Source: an uncultured SAR86 cluster bacterium (GTDB lineage: Bacteria > Pseudomonadota > Gammaproteobacteria > Magnimaribacterales > AG-339-G14). Taken from it: a stretch of DNA of 64,000 bases. Both the position numbers and the translations under genes were made by a program. Below, one piece after another: positions 39,853-49,030 of this stretch (position 1 is the first letter of the stretch; the number at the start of each line of letters is the position of its first letter). The notes beneath the pieces are model-generated. The model worked only from the letters and a program-made list of their open reading frames with translations. It ran no database searches and was not told the DNA's origin. The stretch covers positions 32,530 to 96,529 of the forward strand of contig CABYXE010000002.1 in the NCBI GenBank assembly GCA_902522825.1. Direction: 5' to 3'.

Positions 39853-40493
39853 AGACAGTAATTTTTGATTTAGACGACACTCTTTTATCTGGCGATAGTG
39901 AATTTAAATGGGCTGAATACACAGTAGAAAAGGGCTTGATTAATAAAGACTTTTACATGGAAAAAATAAGTGAATTCGAGGTTGCTTATAGAGCTGGCAA
40001 TATGGATTTTGATGCCTATTGTATATTTTTGCTTAACCCCTTAATCGGAAAAACAACGAATGAAATTGAATCACTAGTACGAGAATTCATTAATCAATAT
40101 GAGGAACTACTGATTGATTCCTTAACTTACGATCTCTTAGAAAAACATAAAAATGATAAAAAAATTATTGCCTCTGGTTCTTTAAATTTCATTGTTGAGG
40201 GGTTTTCGAGAGTTTTTTCTATCGATACTTTCTTTGGCACACCATTAGAAATAGAAAATAATAAAATTACTGGAAATCTAGATGGAGTTGCTACTTTCGC
40301 TGAAGGTAAGTTAATCACTATGCAAGAGTGGAGCAAGAAAAATAATTTCAATTTAGAAGACGCTACTTTTTATACCGACTCTATAAATGATCTCCCACTC
40401 GTAAAAGTTTGTAAAAATAGTATTATTATTTCTCCAGATGAAGAGCTAGAAAAATATGCTAAAGAAAATTCTTTAGAGATAATATATAGATGA
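39849..40493 (+). CDS. HAD-IB family phosphatase
   Basis: FDLDDTL motif I, K, FYTDSINDLP. Confidence 0.9.
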   Translation: MKTVIFDLDDTLLSGDSEFKWAEYTVEKGLINKDFYMEKISEFEVAYRAGNMDFDAYCIFLLNPLIGKTTNEIESLVREFINQYEELLIDSLTYDLLEKHKNDKKIIASGSLNFIVEGFSRVFSIDTFFGTPLEIENNKITGNLDGVATFAEGKLITMQEWSKKNNFNLEDATFYTDSINDLPLVKVCKNSIIISPDEELEKYAKENSLEIIYR

Positions 40494-41707
40494 AAAAAAT
40501 AGAAAGAGCGGAATTACAAGCTAAATACAATAGTATAAAAAAACTGAAATTGAATTTAGATCTTACTAGAGGGAAGCCTTCCTCGGATCAACTGAATCTT
40601 TCAAATTCAGTTATGAATAACCTAAAGAGCAAAAAAGATTTCAAACTTGATAATGCTGATATAAGAAATTATGGTGAAATTGATGGATTGCCATCAGCGA
40701 AGAAATTAGGCTCACTTTTACTAAACGTAAAACCAAAAAATGTAATTGTTAATGGAACTAGTAGTTTAAATCTTACAGCTATTATGTTGCAGACACTTTT
40801 CTTTAAAGGAAATGGAGATGGTCCATGGAAAGATAAAAAAAAGGTTTCAGTTATTTGTCCTGTTCCTGGATACGACAGACACTTTTCTCTTTTTGAAGAA
40901 ATGGGAATAAATATGATTACAGTTTCTATGACTGGTCAGGGTCCAAATATGGATGAAGTAGAGGCTATTATTAAAAAAGATAAAAGTGTTAAAGGAATTA
41001 TTTGCGTCCCAAAACACTCTAATCCTACCGGAGAAACTTATTCTAGAGAGACCATTACTAGGCTAGCTAAATTACCAAAGAAAAGTAGTAAAGATTTTAT
41101 GATATTTTACGATAATGCTTATGCAGTTCACGATTTTAAAAAATCACCTAAATTGTCAAATATCTTCAAACAATGCGAAAAGTTTAAAACCTCTAATAAT
41201 ATTTCTTTATTTGCAAGTACTAGCAAAATAACTTTTGCTGGCTCCGGTATAGCTTTTATGGGAGGCTCAGAAAAAACTATAAAAACTTTTGTATCTTACT
41301 TGGAAAAAGTAATGGTAGGCTCGGATAAAATCAATCAAGCAAGACACGTTAAATTTTTTAAAAATCCTAAAGCTTTGGAAGATCACATGAAAGATCTTTC
41401 CTCTTTAATTAGGCCTAAGTTTGAAATTGTTGAAGAATATCTATCAAGATTGCCTGAGGGTTATGCAAATTGGAGTACCCCAACAGGTGGCTATTTTGTT
41501 TCATTCAATTCCAAGCCTGGAAAAGCAAAAAAAATATACAAATTATGCACAGATGCAGGCTTAAAACTTACCCCAGTTGGCTCCACATTTCCTTACAAGA
41601 AAGACCCTCAAAATCAAAATATTAGAATTGCTCCAACCCAAGTCAAAAATTCAGATCTAAAAAAAGCTATGGAATTATTCGTTACAGCTGTTTGCTTGGC
41701 AGGCTAA
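40490..41707 (+). CDS. PLP-dependent class I aminotransferase (LDLTRGKP subfamily, aspartate aminotransferase-like)
   Basis: LDLTRGKPS, RNYG, PGYDRH, NPTG, DNAY, STSK, IRIAP. Confidence 0.88.
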   Translation: MKKIERAELQAKYNSIKKLKLNLDLTRGKPSSDQLNLSNSVMNNLKSKKDFKLDNADIRNYGEIDGLPSAKKLGSLLLNVKPKNVIVNGTSSLNLTAIMLQTLFFKGNGDGPWKDKKKVSVICPVPGYDRHFSLFEEMGINMITVSMTGQGPNMDEVEAIIKKDKSVKGIICVPKHSNPTGETYSRETITRLAKLPKKSSKDFMIFYDNAYAVHDFKKSPKLSNIFKQCEKFKTSNNISLFASTSKITFAGSGIAFMGGSEKTIKTFVSYLEKVMVGSDKINQARHVKFFKNPKALEDHMKDLSSLIRPKFEIVEEYLSRLPEGYANWSTPTGGYFVSFNSKPGKAKKIYKLCTDAGLKLTPVGSTFPYKKDPQNQNIRIAPTQVKNSDLKKAMELFVTAVCLAG

Positions 41708-42048
41708 TTTCTTGCGCCCTGAAGTATTTCGTAGGAATTATCTTTAAAAGGTCCAAAATTGCTCGATACGTCTGGGTGAGAAACAGGTTCGTTAGATATA
41801 TCTGCTAAAAGATTTTGCTGAGAAACATAAGCAGTATAGAAAACGTCTTCATTTTCAGCAAAAACATGATAGAAGGGCTGATCTTTTTTTGGTCTTATTT
41901 GTGCCGGTATGCTTTGGTACCACTCTTCAGTGTTATTGAATTCCGGATCGACGTCGAAAATGACACCTCGAAAATCTAAGAATTTATGTCTGACTACTTG
42001 GCCGATGGCAAAGTTAGTCTCAATTATTTCTTTCATTTTAATATTCAT
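41704..42048 (-). CDS. hspQ: Heat shock protein HspQ
   Basis: FAIGQVVRH, RGVIFDVDP, QPFYHV, AYVSQQNL. Confidence 0.92.
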   Translation of the reverse strand: MNIKMKEIIETNFAIGQVVRHKFLDFRGVIFDVDPEFNNTEEWYQSIPAQIRPKKDQPFYHVFAENEDVFYTAYVSQQNLLADISNEPVSHPDVSSNFGPFKDNSYEILQGARN

Positions 42049-42086
42049 ATCTTACACTATTTTATTTAGTGTCATTTAAAAAAAAT

Positions 42087-43139
42087 TCAAGGCTTATGAG
42101 CTTCCTTTAAGTATTCTTTTGATTGCATCTCTATAAGTCTACTTACAGTTCTTTTATATTTTTCGATAAGTTTATTACCCGTATAAATCTTTGGAAATTC
42201 AATTGCAGCTGAACTAATTATTTTTACTTTTCTGTCATAACATTCATCAATCAAACTAATAAACCTTCTAGCTTCGTCGTCTGAATTTATTATTGGGATA
42301 TTTGATATTAATACGTTATGAAATTCTTTAGCAATTTCAATGTAGTCAGCTGAACTTCGAGGAGAGGCACATATATCTTTAAAATTAAACCAGATTGTTC
42401 CCTCTGAGCTTTTAATAATATTTATTTTTCTATCTAAAACCTTAATAGAACTGTCATTAATTTTTTTTGATTTTGATAATGCCATAAAAGTATCAAGCAT
42501 ATTTAATTCAGACTCATTTCCTAAAGGAATAAAAACTAGTTTTGTTTGTTCTAGTGTTCTGAGACGATAATCACTATTAGAATTCAAAAAAAATATTTCA
42601 CAATTTTTTTCTATAGATTTAATGGCTGGAATAAATAATTTTCTTTGAAGACCGTTCGCGTATAAATTTTTTGGTTCTATATTTGAAGTAGTAATTAAGC
42701 AAATACCTGAAGAAAAAAGTTCTGTCATAAATCTGCCTAGAAGCATTGCGTCGCCAATATCTTCAACAAAAAACTCATCAAAACAAAGAACTTTATATTT
42801 TTTTGATAGTTGTTTAACAATTTTTTTGATTGGATCTTTTTGTCCAACTAATTCATGAAGTTCACTGTGAAGATTATTCATGAATCTATGAAAATGAAGT
42901 CTTATTTTTTGCTTTGTTTTTAGACTATCAAAAAAAAGATCCATGATAAAAGTTTTACCTCTTCCCACTTCTCCATGGATGTAAAGACTTCTTGGCGTTT
43001 GTTTTTTCCTAAAACTTATAAAACTGTTAGGAGAATTTAATATCTCTATACGCTCTTCCAGCTTATCTATAAGAGAGAGCTGGAAATTATCCAGCTCTAT
43101 TTTCCCGTCTTCAACGGACTTTAGATAAGATTTTTTCAG
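42087..43139 (-). CDS. zapE: Cell division ATPase ZapE (AFG1 family)
   Basis: SLYIHGEVGRGKT Walker A, HFHRFM, CFDEF, TSN, DYR, RTVSRLIEM. Frame is open back to CTG 43139; the ORF-track start lies inside Walker A. Confidence 0.9.
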   Translation of the reverse strand: MKKSYLKSVEDGKIELDNFQLSLIDKLEERIEILNSPNSFISFRKKQTPRSLYIHGEVGRGKTFIMDLFFDSLKTKQKIRLHFHRFMNNLHSELHELVGQKDPIKKIVKQLSKKYKVLCFDEFFVEDIGDAMLLGRFMTELFSSGICLITTSNIEPKNLYANGLQRKLFIPAIKSIEKNCEIFFLNSNSDYRLRTLEQTKLVFIPLGNESELNMLDTFMALSKSKKINDSSIKVLDRKINIIKSSEGTIWFNFKDICASPRSSADYIEIAKEFHNVLISNIPIINSDDEARRFISLIDECYDRKVKIISSAAIEFPKIYTGNKLIEKYKRTVSRLIEMQSKEYLKEAHKP

Positions 43140-43423
43140 TTTACGCTTTTATGAACAGTGATTTCTGGAGCCCCATCCATAAAAGGAGCCAAAGCCATGC
43201 CTAATGTTCCAAAATGTTCAGTTTGAGTGTGATTGGCATGAGCTTCTTCTGATTTATAAAGCTCGATCATCATAATTGTTAGCGGATCATCTGTTTCATG
43301 CATTTCATAATAAAAACAGTCTGGTTCATTATCCGCAACTGCTTTCACTAATTCTCCCATTGCTTCAATGAAATTATCTCTTTCGCCGTCTTTAATTTTT
43401 AATTTTGCTATTGCTCCAATCAT
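43136..43423 (-). CDS. ABM-domain protein (putative quinol monooxygenase family)
   Basis: NEPDC..Y, E.Y....AH..H....HF pattern; 95 aa. Confidence 0.85.
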   Translation of the reverse strand: MIGAIAKLKIKDGERDNFIEAMGELVKAVADNEPDCFYYEMHETDDPLTIMMIELYKSEEAHANHTQTEHFGTLGMALAPFMDGAPEITVHKSVN

Positions 43424-43498
43424 TTTTTCCCTCTTTTTGTTATTATAATTTTTTTAAAACTGTTTAAGTATAAACATTAATTAGAGTTGGAGAAAACC

Positions 43499-44113
43499 AT
43501 GATAAAAATTTGGGGAACAGAAGCATCAAGAGCATTAAGACCTATTTGGACAGCTGAAGAGATGGGACTAGATTATGAGCTAACAATGATGCCATTTCCT
43601 CCAAGGGTCTTTATGAAAGAATATCTGGAAGTAAATATGCTTGGAACAATCCCTTACTTAATTGATGGAGAAGTAAAGATGACGGAATCAGTAGCCATGT
43701 CTCAATACTTGGTAGAAAAATATGGCCCTTCGGATCTAAGAGTTATGCCGGATGAACCTGACTATCCAGCTTATTTAAATTGGCTTTTTCACTCAGATGC
43801 GACATTAACTTTTCCTCAAACTGTTGTTCTCAGATATAAACTTCAAGAACCTGGCGTTGCTGATGCAGCTGTCGAAGGTTACAGCAGATGGTTTGTATCT
43901 AGATGCAAATTACTTGAAACAACTTTAGAAGATAAAGAGTATTTATGTGCAAATAGATTCACCATTGCGGATATTTGTGTAAGTTACGCTTTTGTCGTAG
44001 CTGAATCGTTGGGCATCCATCAGGCTTTTAAACCTAACATTAAAAGATACACAGACATGTTATTTGAAAGAGAAGCGTTTAAAAAATCTAAAGCACTCAA
44101 GTTTGAAGAATAA
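43499..44113 (+). CDS. Glutathione S-transferase family protein
   Basis: SRALRP, N.LGTIPYL, ESVAM, FTIADI; ATG 43499 after SD GGAG. Confidence 0.92.
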   Translation: MIKIWGTEASRALRPIWTAEEMGLDYELTMMPFPPRVFMKEYLEVNMLGTIPYLIDGEVKMTESVAMSQYLVEKYGPSDLRVMPDEPDYPAYLNWLFHSDATLTFPQTVVLRYKLQEPGVADAAVEGYSRWFVSRCKLLETTLEDKEYLCANRFTIADICVSYAFVVAESLGIHQAFKPNIKRYTDMLFEREAFKKSKALKFEE

Positions 44114-44127
44114 AAGTTTTTGATGAA

Positions 44128-44151
44128 GAGGTGTTTTTATAAAAAAACCTC
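44128..44151. terminator. Imperfect hairpin between convergent genes
   Basis: GAGGTGTTTTT/AAAAAAACCTC stem between the GST and DUF1295 stops; weak and AT-rich. Confidence 0.35.
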
Positions 44152-44172
44152 ACCTTTAAAATCAGCTAGAAG

Positions 44173-45046
44173 TTAATCTTTTTTGGGAGGAAAAGGGATT
44201 AAAACAGAAGTCCTATTCAAATAATCTGAGTAAGCAGCATCATCTTTCCATTTTTTAAGTCCTCTAGCTTCTAGTAAATTAATTCCACTTATTTTAGTTA
44301 AAAGAAATATTACAAAAATTGGAGATATCAGAGCTACTAGCTGCCAACCTCCTAGAACAGGTAATGCTATGACAGAAATTCCAATCCATAAAACCATTTC
44401 ACCAAAATAATTTGGATGACGCGACCAACTCCAAAGCCCTTCAGTAATGAAACTATTTTCGTTAGCCGGGTTATCTTTGAAGTCTGTTTTTTGTTGGTCA
44501 GCTACAACCTCTATAGAAAAACCGATTATCCAAATTAACGCACCAACAATTGCAAAAATATCTATAGGTAATTTTAATTCAGAAGTAATTGCTGCCAATG
44601 CCATGGCTAATGTCAGGAAAACCCATAAACCCTGTATTGTCCAAGTCATTAAAAACCACCAAAAATCTTTCTTCATAAGATCAAATCTTCCATCACTGCC
44701 TGCTTTTTTTTACTCTAACAAATAAGAAAGAACCTAAACGAAAAGCCCAAATCCATACTAATAAAGCCAGTAAAATATCTCTTAAAGTAATGTCTATTGT
44801 AAAAAGAATCGCTAAAAGAGTTACCGATATATAAGTTAGCGATCCTGTTAAATCAAAATAATGTTCAGTTTGAAAAATATACGATGGAATAAATACTAAC
44901 CACTGTGCTACAAATATCAGTGCGCAGCAAAAATAAATTAAAGAGATGCCAGAAATACTTACACCGCCCTGATTTATTCCTATTGCAACTAAACTAGCTA
45001 GAAAGATTGATATTAAACTTGACGGAATAGTTATTTTTTTGGACAT
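44173..45046 (-). pseudogene. DUF1295 (steroid 5-alpha-reductase-like) gene split by a +1 frameshift, or an assembly error
   Basis: ORFs 44693-45046 and 44173-44676 join as ...FVRVKK-AGSDGRFDLMKKD... if one base is removed from the T8 run at 44704-44711; motifs FDLTGS, ADQQK, GLWSWSRHPNYFGE. Confidence 0.85.
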
Positions 45047-45124
45047 ATTAAATTTTTTTAAATTGCTATAGAATTTCCCTTCAAAAGATATTAACCTAAT
45101 ATTTTAAAATGAGGGAGTAAAAAT

Positions 45125-46270
45125 ATGAAATCACCTATTTGTGAAATGCTGGGAGCCGAGTTCCCTTTAGTGGCTTTTAGTCACTGTAAAGACGTTGTTG
45201 TTGCGGTATCTAAGGCAGGAGGAGTTGGAGTTCTTGGAGCAGTTGGAATGTCTCCTGAAATATTAGAACAAGAATTAAATTGGATTGACGAAAGAATTGA
45301 TGGAAAACCATATGGAGTAGATGTGCTGATCCCTAATAAAATGTTGGGCAAAGGAGAAGAATTCAATGCTCAGAAATTAGCCGATATGATTCCTCAAGAA
45401 TATAGAGATTTTAGAACAGATGTTCTAAAAAATCATGATATTGATGCTCCTGAGCTTAGAGAAAGCGAAGGAGATATGGCTGCTTCTGGATTTGCACAAA
45501 ATACTGCTGATCAAGGTGCCAAAGCTTTATTAGATGTAGCTTTTTCACACCCAATTAAATTAATAGCCAATGCATTAGGAGTCCCCCCAGAATGGATGGT
45601 TAAAATGGGAAAAGATAACGACGTAAAAGTGGCCGCACTTTTGGGAACTAAAGAACATGCAATTGCTCAAGTTAAGGCAGGCGTTGATATCTTGGTAGTT
45701 TCAGGAACAGAAGCAGGTGGGCATTGTGGAAGTGTTTCTACAATGGTACTTGTTCCCGAAGTTCATCGAGCAATCCAACCTTATGGAGATGTTCCTATTT
45801 TAGCTGCTGGAGGAATTGTAACTGGAGAACAAATGGCTGCGTCAATGGTGATGGGAGCTTCTGGAGCCTGGACGGCATCTGTCTGGTTGACTACAGCTGA
45901 GGCTGAAACCCACCCAATAGTAAAAGAAAAAATGTTGCAAGCAAGTTCCAGTGATACTGTTAGATCAAGAAGCAGAACAGGTAAACACTCGAGACAACTT
46001 AAGTCATCATGGACGGATGCATGGGAAGCTGAAACTGCTCCTGAGCCTTTACCAATGCCACTTCAGCCAATGGTTGCTGAACCAGCCCTAGCTAAGGTAA
46101 ATAAATTAGCTGAGGGTGGACATGATGGAGCAGTAAATCTAGCTACGTATTGGGTCGGCCAAGGAGTAGGGTTAATGAATGAGAGTTTGTCGGCAGGAGC
46201 TGTAGTTCAAGAATTTAAACAAGACTTTATTACTGCATACGAAAGATTTGAAGGTTTTTTGCAAGATTAG
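45125..46270 (+). CDS. Nitronate monooxygenase family FMN oxidoreductase (second paralog)
   Basis: AFSHC, PYGVD, GTEAGGHCG, LAAGGI, SRTGK, GQGVG. Confidence 0.9.
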   Translation: MKSPICEMLGAEFPLVAFSHCKDVVVAVSKAGGVGVLGAVGMSPEILEQELNWIDERIDGKPYGVDVLIPNKMLGKGEEFNAQKLADMIPQEYRDFRTDVLKNHDIDAPELRESEGDMAASGFAQNTADQGAKALLDVAFSHPIKLIANALGVPPEWMVKMGKDNDVKVAALLGTKEHAIAQVKAGVDILVVSGTEAGGHCGSVSTMVLVPEVHRAIQPYGDVPILAAGGIVTGEQMAASMVMGASGAWTASVWLTTAEAETHPIVKEKMLQASSSDTVRSRSRTGKHSRQLKSSWTDAWEAETAPEPLPMPLQPMVAEPALAKVNKLAEGGHDGAVNLATYWVGQGVGLMNESLSAGAVVQEFKQDFITAYERFEGFLQD

Positions 46271-46788
46271 GTCGAATGTGATCCTGACCAGATTACTTTT
46301 TTAAGATCTCTTTCTTCGGGAGATAGAATTTTAATTCCAAATTCTTCTCTTAAGTCAGAAATTTTTCTGTCTAGAAATTCCTCTGGGTGTTTAAAAGGCC
46401 ATTTCTTATTCATTTTCCTTGAATTTTTAAAAGCAATTTTTAGTTTTGTAGGAATAACACTTTTATATAATTTAAAAAACCCAGTTACACCGACTTCTTT
46501 AAGAAGTTTCTTCGTCAATTCTTTTAATTCTGGAAGTTTCGCATAGGATGCCAAATAACTAAATTTGTAGCTACAACCGCATAGAAGCCAAGTATCTAAC
46601 AATGCTTCTTCTTCAAGTGAGGTATCTAGACCAAAAATAACATGAGAAGCGTCGTGATCTCTAATTAGAGTAGATCTTTCATTTAACTCTGTTAAAGGAG
46701 TTTTACCATTATCGATTAAATAATTTTCATAAACCTTAATACCTTCCCTTAAAGTTAAATCACAGTCTTGCTTCTGATAAATTATCAT
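46267..46788 (-). CDS. Hypothetical protein with Coq4-like HDxxH metal motif
   Basis: HDASHVIFGLDTSLEEE, C-terminal LREEFGI; start moved to ATG 46788 because the upstream part overlaps the repaired SDR end. Confidence 0.7.
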   Translation of the reverse strand: MIIYQKQDCDLTLREGIKVYENYLIDNGKTPLTELNERSTLIRDHDASHVIFGLDTSLEEEALLDTWLLCGCSYKFSYLASYAKLPELKELTKKLLKEVGVTGFFKLYKSVIPTKLKIAFKNSRKMNKKWPFKHPEEFLDRKISDLREEFGIKILSPEERDLKKVIWSGSHST

Positions 46789-46826
46789 CTTTTCACAATA
46801 TTGTATTATAAAGGTTTGGTCAAATC

Positions 46827-47586
46827 TTAATGATTCCACCATGCTTGATCAGAAAAAGCTCGGATATCAATTTCATGGGTCCATGTTGACTTTTTTTTGC
46901 CTAGCTACAAAGAGATATGTTTCGGCAACATCTTCAGGCAAAATCATACCATGCTGTCCTTTTTGTTCTTTAAACTTTTCAAAGAGTTCCGGGCCAAGCA
47001 TCTTCCCCAATGTATCAGGAGCATCTACTGCTCCATCGATTATTACATGGGCTACGTGAATGCCGTCTTTTGCAAATTCAGCATTCAAGGACTGACAAAG
47101 CATCCTTCTGCCTCCCATGGCAGCTGCGTGTGAATGTTGACCTTTATTACCCCTTACTGCTGAAGTTGCTGAAGTCACAATAATATTACCAGTTTGTCTT
47201 TCTTTCATCTTAGGTGTTACAACTTGAGCAAGTCTAAATAAGCCAAAAGTCGCCATTCGCCAACCCATTTCAAAAGCTTTGTAGCTGGTTTCTGCTAAAG
47301 CTCGATCTCCTATTTGAGCTCCTATGTTGTAAATAACAGTATCGATTGGACCAATTTCTGATTCAACCTTATTTACTAAATCTTCAATAGAGTTTTCATC
47401 AATAACGTTTAATAAAGAACCAGTTGCTTCACCACCACTATCTTTTATCTCTTTAATTAATTTATTTAAACCTTCTTTATCAGTGCGCCTTGCTAAGTAT
47501 GAATGATAACCATTAGAAGCAAATTTCTTTGCTACAGTTCCTCCAATTCCTGCTCCTGCACCAATCACCAAGCAAACTTTTTCCAT
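46827..47586 (-). CDS. Short-chain dehydrogenase/reductase with C-terminal frameshift
   Basis: GAGAGIG, YNIG, TSATSA, IHVAHVIIDG. Removing one base from the T8 run at 46891-46898 restores QKKSTWTHEIDIRAFSDQAWWNH, stop at 46827; as sequenced it stops at 46873. Confidence 0.88.
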
Positions 47587-47589
47587 ATT

Positions 47590-48636
47590 TTACTTATGAG
47601 TTAAAGAAACAAGACCAAGGAGTTTTCCTGATTTCATTTCTTCAAGAGTTCTGTTGGCCTCTGAGACATCTCTAGACTCCACTTCGACAGGTTCAATTTT
47701 ACCTGCTGAGACTAACTTCATTAAATCTTTCATTTCACCTAGGCTGCCAACATAAGAACCCATTAATTTTTTTTCAGTAAGAGTTAGAAGAGGCAAAGGT
47801 ATAGTTAATTGTCCTCCAAAAAGACCAACAACAACTTGCTTACCTCCTTTACTAAGGCACTGATAACCTAAATTTACAGAAGCTTCTGCTCCCACAAAAT
47901 CTACTATCGCTTTGGCCCCACCTCCGGTAGCTTCCATAATTTGTTTAGCTGCATCCTCAGATGAAGAGTTAATAGTTAAAGAAGCTCCCAAATTACTTGC
48001 CACCTTTAATTTTTCATCATCTATATCTATAACAATAGGATTTATTCCATAAGCAGCCTTGGCAATTTTTAATGCTAATAACCCTAGGCCTCCAGCACTT
48101 ACAATGATAAGTGAATTATCTTGAGTATAAGGTTCGGCTTTTCTTAGTGCACTGAAAGCAGTAAGTCCTCTGCAAGCATAACTTCCTGCAAGACTATCTG
48201 GAGTATCTCCAGCATCAAAAAGATATTGTTCTCCCGGAATTAAAACATGATCTGCATAACCTCCACTGACATTAATTCCAATATTGCTATTGTTCATACA
48301 GTAATGAGTTTTATCGTTATTACATAGTTCGCAATTCCCACAGCCAATCCAAGGATAAACCACATATTTTTCCCCGACTTTCACGTTTGAAACTTTTTCT
48401 CCAATAGCTACAATTTCTCCAAAAACTTCATGACCCATCGTAAGCGGTTCTAAAAGGGGAGTAGGAAGTTTGGCTCCACCACCTAAATCAAAATAACCAT
48501 CATGTATATGAACGTCTGAATGACAAACTCCACAAGCAACAGTTTTTATGAGAACTTCATTTCCCTTGGGTGAAGGCGTTTCAATATTTTTTTCTTCTAA
48601 TGGTTTTCCATTTTCTGTGACTTGATATGCTTTCAT
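47590..48636 (-). CDS. Zn-dependent alcohol dehydrogenase (MDR family)
   Basis: CGVCHSD, GHE, C..C..C...C structural Zn site, AGGLG. Confidence 0.93.
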   Translation of the reverse strand: MKAYQVTENGKPLEEKNIETPSPKGNEVLIKTVACGVCHSDVHIHDGYFDLGGGAKLPTPLLEPLTMGHEVFGEIVAIGEKVSNVKVGEKYVVYPWIGCGNCELCNNDKTHYCMNNSNIGINVSGGYADHVLIPGEQYLFDAGDTPDSLAGSYACRGLTAFSALRKAEPYTQDNSLIIVSAGGLGLLALKIAKAAYGINPIVIDIDDEKLKVASNLGASLTINSSSEDAAKQIMEATGGGAKAIVDFVGAEASVNLGYQCLSKGGKQVVVGLFGGQLTIPLPLLTLTEKKLMGSYVGSLGEMKDLMKLVSAGKIEPVEVESRDVSEANRTLEEMKSGKLLGLVSLTHK

Positions 48637-48650
48637 TTTATTAATTTACC

Positions 48651-48965
48651 TTATCTTGTTGGCATTGCTTTTATGACAGTTAAATTTTTTAATTCAGTCG
48701 CCGGTCTTCTATAATTTTCTGCCAATTCTTGATAACTGGTTGACGAAAACCAGTTATTCATTTCTTCTTCCGAAGGGAAGGACCACATTATGACACGACC
48801 TTCAATAGGGGAAGTTCCCTCCAAATGGATTGATTCATCATCCATAGTCATAAATTCACCGTTATACTCTTTGAGAGTACCAAAAAAACCTTTTTCATAA
48901 TTTCTAAATAACTCAGCATCTTCTATTTGAAGATTTGCTATGCAATAAACTCTAGTTTGAGACAT
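48651..48965 (-). CDS. DUF1330 family protein
   Basis: YNGEF, LEG, R.....FPS....WF.S..YQ pattern; SD AAGGAG. Confidence 0.85.
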   Translation of the reverse strand: MSQTRVYCIANLQIEDAELFRNYEKGFFGTLKEYNGEFMTMDDESIHLEGTSPIEGRVIMWSFPSEEEMNNWFSSTSYQELAENYRRPATELKNLTVIKAMPTR

Positions 48966-49030
48966 AAATACTCCTTCTAAATTAAGATTATAAACAAAAA
49001 AATTTAAGTAAAGTTATGAATTTAAGAAGA

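Noticed and set aside
46795-46804. Palindrome ACAATATTGT upstream of the Coq4-like gene
   Set aside because: Only 10 bp, almost all A/T and overlapping likely -10 hexamers; expected by chance.
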